Position numbers and translations under genes: made by a program. Positions 7,873-15,623 of a DNA stretch of 64,000 bases are shown in pieces. A model generated the notes under the pieces. That model searched no databases. It had not been told where the DNA came from and was given only the letters and a program-made list of their open reading frames with translations. Each line of letters opens with the position of its first letter. Position 1 is the stretch's first letter. Origin of the DNA: a virus (taxonomy: Duplodnaviria > Caudoviricetes); the IMG/VR virus record IMGVR_UViG_3300042562_001138, positions 897 through 64,896 of that record. One strand, given 5' to 3'.

Positions 7873-8994
7873 ATGAATATGAAAGATTTTCCCAAGGAGC
7901 TTGCACACTTAGAAAAATACGCTAAATACTGCAAAAAATTAAAAGAAGGAGTATATGGTTTCTTTATTAACCAATTTAATGAAGATGGAACAAAGAATAT
8001 AGATTGGTATGAGTTTAGACCTAATACATTAGGTGCTTCTGAAACTGCAACTGCTTGTGAAGGTGGTTATGATGAATACGGAGTACGTGCAAAGTTGTTT
8101 TGGAGTAAGTTAGGCAAAAAGTTTCCGGAAATTAAATCTAAATTTACCTTTTGGGGATTGGAGTTAGAAAGAAACGTGGCAAACGCATGGGAGTATTACG
8201 ATGCTACACCCGAAGGATATATTGATAATAGATATGCAGGACAAAAGGTTAGGAATTATCAAGAACTTAATTGTTACGCTATTAATATTAAATACCCTTA
8301 TTTATCCGCTTCATTTGACTTTTTAGTACCCGAAGGGCAGGTTAACCCATTTACAGGAGAGATAGTTGATTATTCGTATCCTTTGGAGATTAAAACAATT
8401 TCAACTGCTGCTGCCGAAAAATACGAATTAGGTTTACCAGTACGATATATTTTCCAAACGCACCAACAAATGATAATTTGGGAGGTTGATTATTGTGAGA
8501 TAGCTGCACTTAAAGGAGGTACTGATTTTGAGGTTTATCCGATTTATATGAATGAAGGTATTAAGGAAATGGTATTGAGAGAAACTAAGGAGTTTTGGAA
8601 TTTAGTTGAAACTGCACGACCTATATATACTGAATTAGATGTATGTTTTGATGAAAAGAAAAAAGAAGAGTACGTTGCACAATTAGATAACTTAGAACCT
8701 GCACCCGAACAAAACAAAGGCTACGAAGATTTTTGGAAGGAGAAGTATAGAGAAACAAGCGAGAAGAAAGAGAAACAAGGTAACGAAGAGGACTGGGCAA
8801 TTGCAGTAGGTTATAAAAAGATATTGGATCAAGAAAAGGAATTATCCGAGAAGAAACAATTGTATAAAAACAATTTGCTTTATACTATGAAGGATTGTGA
8901 GGAATTAACCTTTGGTGAGAATGGTAGAGTAGTACACCGTAACCACGAACACAGTAGGACTTATTTTGGAGTGAATATTAAAAATTATAAGTAA
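7873..8994 (+). CDS. YqaJ-like (lambda exonuclease family) recombination nuclease
   Basis: LGASE, GLELE, LSASFD, EIKT, QTHQQM motifs. Start placed at 7873 because TAAATTTG (7857-7864) overlaps the track start. Confidence 0.85.
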   Translation: MNMKDFPKELAHLEKYAKYCKKLKEGVYGFFINQFNEDGTKNIDWYEFRPNTLGASETATACEGGYDEYGVRAKLFWSKLGKKFPEIKSKFTFWGLELERNVANAWEYYDATPEGYIDNRYAGQKVRNYQELNCYAINIKYPYLSASFDFLVPEGQVNPFTGEIVDYSYPLEIKTISTAAAEKYELGLPVRYIFQTHQQMIIWEVDYCEIAALKGGTDFEVYPIYMNEGIKEMVLRETKEFWNLVETARPIYTELDVCFDEKKKEEYVAQLDNLEPAPEQNKGYEDFWKEKYRETSEKKEKQGNEEDWAIAVGYKKILDQEKELSEKKQLYKNNLLYTMKDCEELTFGENGRVVHRNHEHSRTYFGVNIKNYK

Positions 8995-9086
8995 TGAAAT
9001 TTAAAATAATAGATACGGTACAGCTTTACTTTCATGGCTTAATGAAGAACAATTAGAATTAATATAAACTATATAAATCATAAACA

Positions 9087-9800
9087 ATGGCAGACAAGGA
9101 TTTTAACAACAATTACATTAAAGTAAAACAAAGGATTTTACAATTAAAAAAAGATGGTTTATGGAACGATGTTTCTGTTCAAACCGAAGTAGTGAAGATT
9201 GATACACAATTAGATGTAACAGGCAAACAAAAGTTATTCGCAATAGTAAAAGCGAACGTACAGATTGGTACACAATTCTTTACTGCCCACGCAATGGAAA
9301 CGCAAGGAATAGGCGAGGTAAATTACTTACACTTTCTAGAAAACGCAGAAACATCCGCAGTAGGTAGAGCATTATCATTTGCAGGTATAGCAGAAGAAGG
9401 AGTTGCAGAAGAAGATTCAAATGTAGCTACTAAAGAAGATATAGAAACAGCTAAGGAGCAAGTAAAGGATATTAACGCAGAGAAACGTAAGGAAGTTGCT
9501 AAGAAGTTAATTGAAGAGGGTTTAAACAAGAAGCAATTAAAATTAGATGTAACGCCTGAACCAAAAAAGGAAGTTGCACAATTAGTAATACCTGTATTTA
9601 AAGAAGTAACCGGAACAATAAGAGAAAAGAAAGATAGAGAAGAAGTAATTGCATGGTTACGTAAGGTAGGAAAGTTTGATGAAAACTTATTGATTGGCGC
9701 AATGATTAAAGCTGAAATTTCAAGTAAGTTTAAATCATTTAATGAATTATTACATAAAGGTACTTACAACGATTTAGTAACTGTATTTAATTACTTATAA
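9087..9800 (+). CDS. Single-strand annealing protein (Rad52/Erf/Sak-like)
   Basis: YIKVKQRI and LENAETSAVGRAL motifs; adjacent to the YqaJ exonuclease. Confidence 0.7.
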   Translation: MADKDFNNNYIKVKQRILQLKKDGLWNDVSVQTEVVKIDTQLDVTGKQKLFAIVKANVQIGTQFFTAHAMETQGIGEVNYLHFLENAETSAVGRALSFAGIAEEGVAEEDSNVATKEDIETAKEQVKDINAEKRKEVAKKLIEEGLNKKQLKLDVTPEPKKEVAQLVIPVFKEVTGTIREKKDREEVIAWLRKVGKFDENLLIGAMIKAEISSKFKSFNELLHKGTYNDLVTVFNYL

Positions 9801-9805
9801 AAACC

Positions 9806-10165
9806 ATGAATAAGAAAATATTTTGTGAAATTATTGATAGGCTTGAAACAAACTATCGTAAATACTACAACAAGACTAAATCTATTTCGGATGCACTAGG
9901 TAGCTCCGTTGATTTTATAGGCGGAGAGTTCGTTGAAGATACCTTACGTGTATTACAACAGATATATCCACCTTATATTGATGCTGATGGAAATGTTCAT
10001 TGCACAATTGCCTACTATGTGTACGAATTAGATTTTGGTAAAAAAAACCAAAAGAAAAAACACTTAGGTATTACTCATAAAACACCTAATGGGGATAAAG
10101 AGTTTTACATTAAGAACTCTAGTGAGTTGTATGATTATCTTATGTTTTATTATGGATTAGCCTAA
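9806..10165 (+). CDS. Hypothetical protein
   Basis: 119-aa ORF (YELDFGKK...ELYDYL). Confidence 0.7.
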   Translation: MNKKIFCEIIDRLETNYRKYYNKTKSISDALGSSVDFIGGEFVEDTLRVLQQIYPPYIDADGNVHCTIAYYVYELDFGKKNQKKKHLGITHKTPNGDKEFYIKNSSELYDYLMFYYGLA

Positions 10166-10237
10166 TTGTGCATTAATCTTAGAAAAAATTAAATAGTTAT
10201 TCATACTTTTGTATAAAATAATTAAAAACAGACTGTT

Positions 10238-10468
10238 ATGCAATTTACTCGTAAACAATTACTTGATTTAGGATTCCAACCAATAGCACATTGCTTATAC
10301 CTAGATTTAGATTTATCAGGAAACAATTACATTTACTTTGAAAAAGGTGAATTAAGTTTATGCCTTAGAGATAATCAGGATATGGAAACACAATTCCCTA
10401 TTAAAAACTACAACTCTATTGAGGATTTGCAAAAGCTAATCAATATGATCAAACAAGATGGAATATAA
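10238..10468 (+). CDS. Hypothetical protein
   Basis: 76-aa ORF downstream of -7 element TACTTTTG at 10204-10211. Confidence 0.7.
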   Translation: MQFTRKQLLDLGFQPIAHCLYLDLDLSGNNYIYFEKGELSLCLRDNQDMETQFPIKNYNSIEDLQKLINMIKQDGI

Positions 10469-10973
10469 ATCTAACGAAGAATACTTCTTTTCTCTTTGGT
10501 TAGATGAATTAAAATCTAATGGGTATATCAAAAGTTATGAATACGAGCCAGATGCTATACCATTATCAAGTAAAGTAAGTAGGATTTTGCAAAAAAAAGA
10601 ACAGTTTGTATTGCACCCACACGAATACACGTATGATTTTTTAATTAAATGGGATAAAAGTGCAATAGGGATATTCGCTACTATTTTTGAAAGCGATGTT
10701 AAATCATTAACGCCTTTGTACTGTGATGTTAATCTAGTAAGTGCAATAGAAATTAAGCCTGAATTTGATTATAAAAACATGACAAGGGAAGTAATGATAA
10801 ACATTAAATGGGTATGGGAGAAGTACAACATTTATGTTAACCTAGTTAAAACACCTAGTTTTTTTAAAAAAAGCTTTACGCCTACACAATTCCTATTAAC
10901 AAAAACCAAAAAACCAAGAACAATTAAATATAAACCAGTATTAACATTACAAGAGTATGTACAACAGAAGTAG
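10458..10973 (+). CDS. PD-(D/E)xK endonuclease (DUF1064 / junction-resolvase-like)
   Basis: YKSNEE, YEYEP, YTYDF, IEIK pattern. Confidence 0.7.
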   Translation: MEYKSNEEYFFSLWLDELKSNGYIKSYEYEPDAIPLSSKVSRILQKKEQFVLHPHEYTYDFLIKWDKSAIGIFATIFESDVKSLTPLYCDVNLVSAIEIKPEFDYKNMTREVMINIKWVWEKYNIYVNLVKTPSFFKKSFTPTQFLLTKTKKPRTIKYKPVLTLQEYVQQK

Positions 10974-11187
10974 ATTAAGAAAACTAGAGTGGCAAGTTAC
11001 AGAAATAATTGATTCACCTTTTAGTGAAAAGGATATTAAAATCACTTTGGAAAGGGGGATTGAGGATTTAACAGTTAAATACAATAAAAAAGAAGCGAGG
11101 ATAACAACAGAGTTGCCTTCGGGCATTATTGAAGAGGAAGTAAAAGAAGCGATAATAAAAGGATTTTTGGAATTTAAAATTTATTAA
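10957..11187 (+). CDS. Hypothetical protein
   Basis: ORF track; overlapping operon arrangement. Confidence 0.6.
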   Translation: MYNRSRLRKLEWQVTEIIDSPFSEKDIKITLERGIEDLTVKYNKKEARITTELPSGIIEEEVKEAIIKGFLEFKIY

Positions 11188-11188
11188 G

Positions 11189-11428
11189 ATGGCAACAATA
11201 ACCAAGCAAGAAATCTACACAATTAATGTTCCTAAAGAACAGTATCATTTAATTAAGACACAAAAGGTTCGTAGTGTACCCATAGAAACTAATTTTAAGC
11301 TGTTACAGATAGTTTCTCACATAAAAGGTAATACACCAACCGAAGCTATAATATGTAAGGTTACACATAAAGCTACGTACAATACACACTTTAGAAAAGT
11401 ATTAACCTTAAATTACGTTATTAAATGA
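11189..11428 (+). CDS. Hypothetical protein
   Basis: ORF track; overlaps the next start codon. Confidence 0.6.
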   Translation: MATITKQEIYTINVPKEQYHLIKTQKVRSVPIETNFKLLQIVSHIKGNTPTEAIICKVTHKATYNTHFRKVLTLNYVIK

Positions 11429-12678
11429 ATGTACTAAGCTTATTTAACGGAATGAATTGTGGATACTTATCCTTGCACAATTTAGGAATAAAAATAAATA
11501 AATACTATTCATCCGAAATTGATACACACGCTATTAAAGTAGCACAAACTTTATTTCCTGATACAATCCAACTGGGTGATGTAACTAAATGGAGGGAATG
11601 GGATATTGAATGGGATAAGATTGATATTTTGATAGGTGGTTCTCCTTGTCAAGGATTTAGTTTTGCAGGTAAACAATTAGCGTTTGATGACCCTAGAAGT
11701 GCTTTGTTTTTTGTTTTTGTAAAAATATGGGAACACATTAAAAAAGTAAATCCAAAGGCTTATTTTTTATTGGAAAATGTACGCATGAAAGAGGAACACG
11801 AAAATGTAATTAGTAATTACATGGAAGTAAAACCTATACTTATTAATTCCGCTTTATTGTCTGCACAAAATAGAAATAGATTGTATTGGACAAATTTATC
11901 CAATGAGCCATACGGTTTATTTGGTTATAATCATTGCACTATACCGCAACCAAAAGATAAAGGAATATTATTAAAGGATGTGTTGGAAAAAGAAGTAGAT
12001 GAAAAGTATTTTTTGAGTGATAAGATGATTAATTCATTATTAAACAACCAAACTTTTAACAAATTTAATCCTAAAGAAATTAATTTTGAGGGTAAATCAT
12101 CTTGTTTAACCGCAAGAACTCATAAGATGGGTAATGCAGATAATTATATTAAAATAGACAAAAAAGGAAACGTAAAAAACAATCAAAATAAAGCCAGTTG
12201 TTTTACAGCCGGAGGTAATAGTGGAGGCAATCATAGTGATATGGATTTGATTGTTATTACCCATTCAACACAACCACGAACAGGAAAGGGAAAAGGAGGT
12301 AAAGGGCGTTTATTTAAAACGGATCAAAAAAGTTATTGCTTAGATACTACCAATAGTCAGGCGGTGGAATTTACCAAAAACTACCTACAATTTGATGTAT
12401 CAGGTAAAGGGCATAAATCACAACAAGATAGAGCGTTTTATTTAGATGGTAAACATGGATGTTTAGCTACTGCTAGGGCAGATACAAAAACAGGAGTATT
12501 ATTAGAAAATAGAATAAGAAGATTAACACCTAAAGAATGTATGCGCTTACAAACTATTCCAGAATGGGCAATTGAAAAAATGCTTACTTGTGGAGTAAGC
12601 GATACACAATTATACAGAATGCTAGGCAACGGATGGACTGTTGATGTAATTAGTTATATTTTAAGTTATATGAAATGA
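11425..12678 (+). CDS. C5-cytosine DNA methyltransferase with extended variable region
   Basis: SLFNGMNCG, GGSPCQGFS, LLENV, QNRNRLY, RRLTPKECMRLQ, GNGW. Confidence 0.95.
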   Translation: MNVLSLFNGMNCGYLSLHNLGIKINKYYSSEIDTHAIKVAQTLFPDTIQLGDVTKWREWDIEWDKIDILIGGSPCQGFSFAGKQLAFDDPRSALFFVFVKIWEHIKKVNPKAYFLLENVRMKEEHENVISNYMEVKPILINSALLSAQNRNRLYWTNLSNEPYGLFGYNHCTIPQPKDKGILLKDVLEKEVDEKYFLSDKMINSLLNNQTFNKFNPKEINFEGKSSCLTARTHKMGNADNYIKIDKKGNVKNNQNKASCFTAGGNSGGNHSDMDLIVITHSTQPRTGKGKGGKGRLFKTDQKSYCLDTTNSQAVEFTKNYLQFDVSGKGHKSQQDRAFYLDGKHGCLATARADTKTGVLLENRIRRLTPKECMRLQTIPEWAIEKMLTCGVSDTQLYRMLGNGWTVDVISYILSYMK

Positions 12679-12992
12679 AAGGAGAATTAGCCTTATTTAT
12701 TGAAATATGGAAAGAAAGACCACACTATTCCGAAATATCAGGAGAGCCACTAGGTAGTTTTAATGTAGCTTATTTTTCGCATATACTTAGTAAGGGTGCA
12801 TATCCCGAAATGAGAATGGATAAGCGTAACATAATCCTTAAAACAATTAAGGAACACATGGAATGGGAAACAGGTAATAGGGAAAAACTAATGAGTAATC
12901 CTAAATGGAAAAAGATATTTGATTTACAGGAGGAATTAAAGCTTTATGCCAATACCAACCATAGGGGTACGATTAAAAAAATTAAATCCTAA
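12675..12992 (+). CDS. Degenerate HNH / NinG-Ref-like nuclease
   Basis: SEISGEPL...FSHILSKGAYPEMRMDKRNIIL...EH pattern. Confidence 0.55.
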   Translation: MKGELALFIEIWKERPHYSEISGEPLGSFNVAYFSHILSKGAYPEMRMDKRNIILKTIKEHMEWETGNREKLMSNPKWKKIFDLQEELKLYANTNHRGTIKKIKS

Positions 12993-13451
12993 ATCAAACT
13001 TGTAAGATTTATGTAAGTATGAAGCGTATGGAGTTATGTTACGGTACCCAAATTGTGTACCGATATACAATCCATTTTTATCTATACGCTCGGTTATTTT
13101 TAATGTATCTACTCTAGTAACAGAAGGCTGTTTAAAAGTATATTGAATATCAGATTTAAGCAATACACCATCTATATCTTGCACAATTTGTAAGCTTAAC
13201 AAACTATCATTATAATCCGTAGTAAAGCGATTAAATTCATAAACTAAAGTATCATGTATTGTATCACGAATAACTGTAACAGAAGAAGGGAGAATATCTT
13301 TTTTAACTACTGTATGGGTAATATAAACTGTATCTGATTTACCAGGTAAATATTCCACTTCTGTTTCAATGATTCTATCGTTGGATTTTATACAACACTT
13401 TAATAGTATTACGCTTAATACAATTATAACAATATTTTTAATCTGCTCCAT
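12936..13451 (-). CDS. Putative spanin-like lipoprotein/membrane protein
   Basis: Hydrophobic N-terminus ending LLKCC; C-terminal amphipathic beta strands; last gene of the lysis cassette. Confidence 0.55.
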   Translation of the reverse strand: MEQIKNIVIIVLSVILLKCCIKSNDRIIETEVEYLPGKSDTVYITHTVVKKDILPSSVTVIRDTIHDTLVYEFNRFTTDYNDSLLSLQIVQDIDGVLLKSDIQYTFKQPSVTRVDTLKITERIDKNGLYIGTQFGYRNITPYASYLHKSYKFDLGFNFFNRTPMVGIGIKL

Positions 13452-13851
13452 TTCTATTTTTTAAATTAATAATCTTGGTGTTTATCATATCTAACAAACC
13501 TTTAAGTAAATACTTACCGGTTAAATTAAAGTGATGTTCATCTAAACTACGTGCTTCTGCAACAATCATTAATGCTGCTGTAATACCTACGATTATCTGA
13601 TAGTCATATACCATCTCAACGCCTCTGGCAGCCAATAGTATAACAAAGTAAATACCTGTCTTTGTAATCGTAATCCTAAATTTTTTACTGCTGAACGGTT
13701 CATTGAATTTTATTTTGTTTACTTTATAGGCGATAAATAAATCCGCCATTACTAACGATCCAATTAAGATTAATAAAGGAACAATGGGTGTTAAAAATAC
13801 TCCTACTGTTGTAATCAAGGCAAATAACCTATCGTTTAAATAATCTTTCAT
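13438..13851 (-). CDS. Holin
   Basis: Three hydrophobic segments, FSSKKFRITITK, EARSLDE; adjacent to the endolysin. Confidence 0.75.
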   Translation of the reverse strand: MKDYLNDRLFALITTVGVFLTPIVPLLILIGSLVMADLFIAYKVNKIKFNEPFSSKKFRITITKTGIYFVILLAARGVEMVYDYQIIVGITAALMIVAEARSLDEHHFNLTGKYLLKGLLDMINTKIINLKNRNGAD

Positions 13852-13852
13852 G

Positions 13853-14308
13853 TTATATAAATAAGTATTTATCTAATCTTTTTACCCAATCAGGAACAAA
13901 AAAGTTAGGGCACGTTTTACCTTTATCAAATTCATTGTGTCCATGTATGTTCTGTAAGCTAATTGTGTATTCATCTGTTAAGTGTATTAACAATGAAGCT
14001 AGTGTTTTTTCTTGTGCAGGTGTATAATCATATTTAGCATCCCAACCACCTTCTAAACAGATACCGATACTACCTGTGTTTTTACCTTTACAATGCGCTC
14101 CTACCTTGTTTAAATCCCTTCCTAAATGTAATGAGCCATCAAACTTAATGTAATAATGATAACCAATTTCATTAAACCCTCTTGCTTTGTGCCATTGTTC
14201 AATATCATACACACTTGTATTCATTGTAGGTCTTGTCATTGCGCAATGAATAATAATGCTATTCAAAGGTCTTTTTGCTTTTGGTAGGATTAGATTAGTA
14301 ATTTCCAT
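13853..14308 (-). CDS. Endolysin, N-acetylmuramoyl-L-alanine amidase (Amidase_2, T7 lysozyme-like)
   Basis: IIIHCA, IGYHY, GAHC, IGICLEGG, GHNEF, KTCPNF zinc-amidase motifs. Confidence 0.93.
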   Translation of the reverse strand: MEITNLILPKAKRPLNSIIIHCAMTRPTMNTSVYDIEQWHKARGFNEIGYHYYIKFDGSLHLGRDLNKVGAHCKGKNTGSIGICLEGGWDAKYDYTPAQEKTLASLLIHLTDEYTISLQNIHGHNEFDKGKTCPNFFVPDWVKRLDKYLFI

Positions 14309-14796
14309 GATTTGATTTTATATTCCTTTTTAAGTTTAACAATTGTTTCATCGTATAAATCAGTTAACCATTTAGGTTCTGGTACTCTTTGCCCTTTAAT
14401 GTAATCTCTCAATATGAATAATTGTGCAGCAACCCTAACAACATAATATTGAGTAAACGCCCAAAGAGGACTAGCTCCTGATTTAAGCTCCAAATATAAG
14501 AAAATAATATCATTCTTTTTCCCACCAAAACCACAACGTGAAGGATAATCATGGAAGAAGCTAGAGATATTACCGTAATAATTATCTTTTACAAATGTTT
14601 TACCATCAAATCCTTTTGTTTCCCAAAACCTACTTCTAAATATTAAGTCTAAACAATTGTAGTAGTTTATGCCTAATTTAAAATCAATTACTTGTTTTAA
14701 AAAGTTTACATATACAGATTTTTCTGTAAAAAATGTATATGGCTTACCAAATAATTGGTTTTTATAAGGAGCGGTATATGGTTCAAAGTTTATCAT
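14290..14796 (-). CDS. DUF1353-like protein
   Basis: GFDG...FFHDY...KNDIIF pattern. Confidence 0.5.
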   Translation of the reverse strand: MINFEPYTAPYKNQLFGKPYTFFTEKSVYVNFLKQVIDFKLGINYYNCLDLIFRSRFWETKGFDGKTFVKDNYYGNISSFFHDYPSRCGFGGKKNDIIFLYLELKSGASPLWAFTQYYVVRVAAQLFILRDYIKGQRVPEPKWLTDLYDETIVKLKKEYKIKSWKLLI

Positions 14797-15011
14797 TGTT
14801 CATTTGTTTTAGAACTGGTTTGACTATCACCGAAATAATAATTAACAATTGTAGCAACTAAAGTACCTATTAAAAAACCTAATATAGTATCAACTACTCT
14901 ATGATTATCTTTTGGTATATTTATAAATGTTACACAAAATAAGTAAACCACCGAAACAAAACTGTAAAATATAGCTAATTTGTTTCTCATGTTGTTAAAG
15001 TTTATTTTCAT
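14793..15011 (-). CDS. Small two-TM membrane protein (holin-like)
   Basis: Two TM segments and IVNYYFGDS motif. Confidence 0.6.
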   Translation of the reverse strand: MKINFNNMRNKLAIFYSFVSVVYLFCVTFINIPKDNHRVVDTILGFLIGTLVATIVNYYFGDSQTSSKTNEQ

Positions 15012-15013
15012 AG

Positions 15014-15148
15014 TTATTCAATTATATAAGGGTAGTGAGGATTCTTTTTATAATCTATCTTTTTATTGCTAGTACAACTACTAAAAAACAAATAGAAAAT
15101 TATCCCAAATAAGATAATATAAGCTAGTGTTTCGCCTTTATTCCGCAT
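15014..15148 (-). CDS. Small lipoprotein (44 aa), absent from the ORF track
   Basis: MRNKGETLAYIILFGIIFYLFFSSC-TSNKKIDYKKNPHYPYIIE; signal peptide with FSSC lipobox; fills the gap between neighbours. Confidence 0.6.
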   Translation of the reverse strand: MRNKGETLAYIILFGIIFYLFFSSCTSNKKIDYKKNPHYPYIIE

Positions 15149-15623
15149 CTTCAACAATCGGTTTAGGATGGTTTCCTAAGTAGTTCATAATAGTTAAATC
15201 AATACTAGGATTTAACAAGGGTAAAAACGCATTTTCATTGCGTGAATACTCCTGTAACCTTTGTAATGGATTACCCTCTTCATCAGTTAAAACCTCCGTT
15301 CTTTCAGCGTTAAATTGATAAACTTCTTCTCCATTAATATTACGTAATGGCACACCATCTCTTTGAATGATATCAAATTCAAAACCTGTGTTATTTGGTA
15401 TAGCAATAAATTCAGTATCATTAATTTTACGTAAAAAATACACCTTATTAATGATGCTTCCTGTTCGTTCATCAACGGACAAAGCTAATTTATAGCTGTA
15501 AATTTCGCCCTCATTTCCTTTGAATAAGGTATCAGCGTAGGCTATCCTTGTTAGCCTATTCGCTTTTAATTGGTTAATGTTTAGTATCATATCTTTTATG
15601 TTAAATCTAGTAAATCTTTCCAT
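15138..15623 (-). CDS. Hypothetical protein, possible tail-fibre chaperone
   Basis: Directly downstream of the tail fibre gene. Confidence 0.55.
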   Translation of the reverse strand: MERFTRFNIKDMILNINQLKANRLTRIAYADTLFKGNEGEIYSYKLALSVDERTGSIINKVYFLRKINDTEFIAIPNNTGFEFDIIQRDGVPLRNINGEEVYQFNAERTEVLTDEEGNPLQRLQEYSRNENAFLPLLNPSIDLTIMNYLGNHPKPIVEDAE

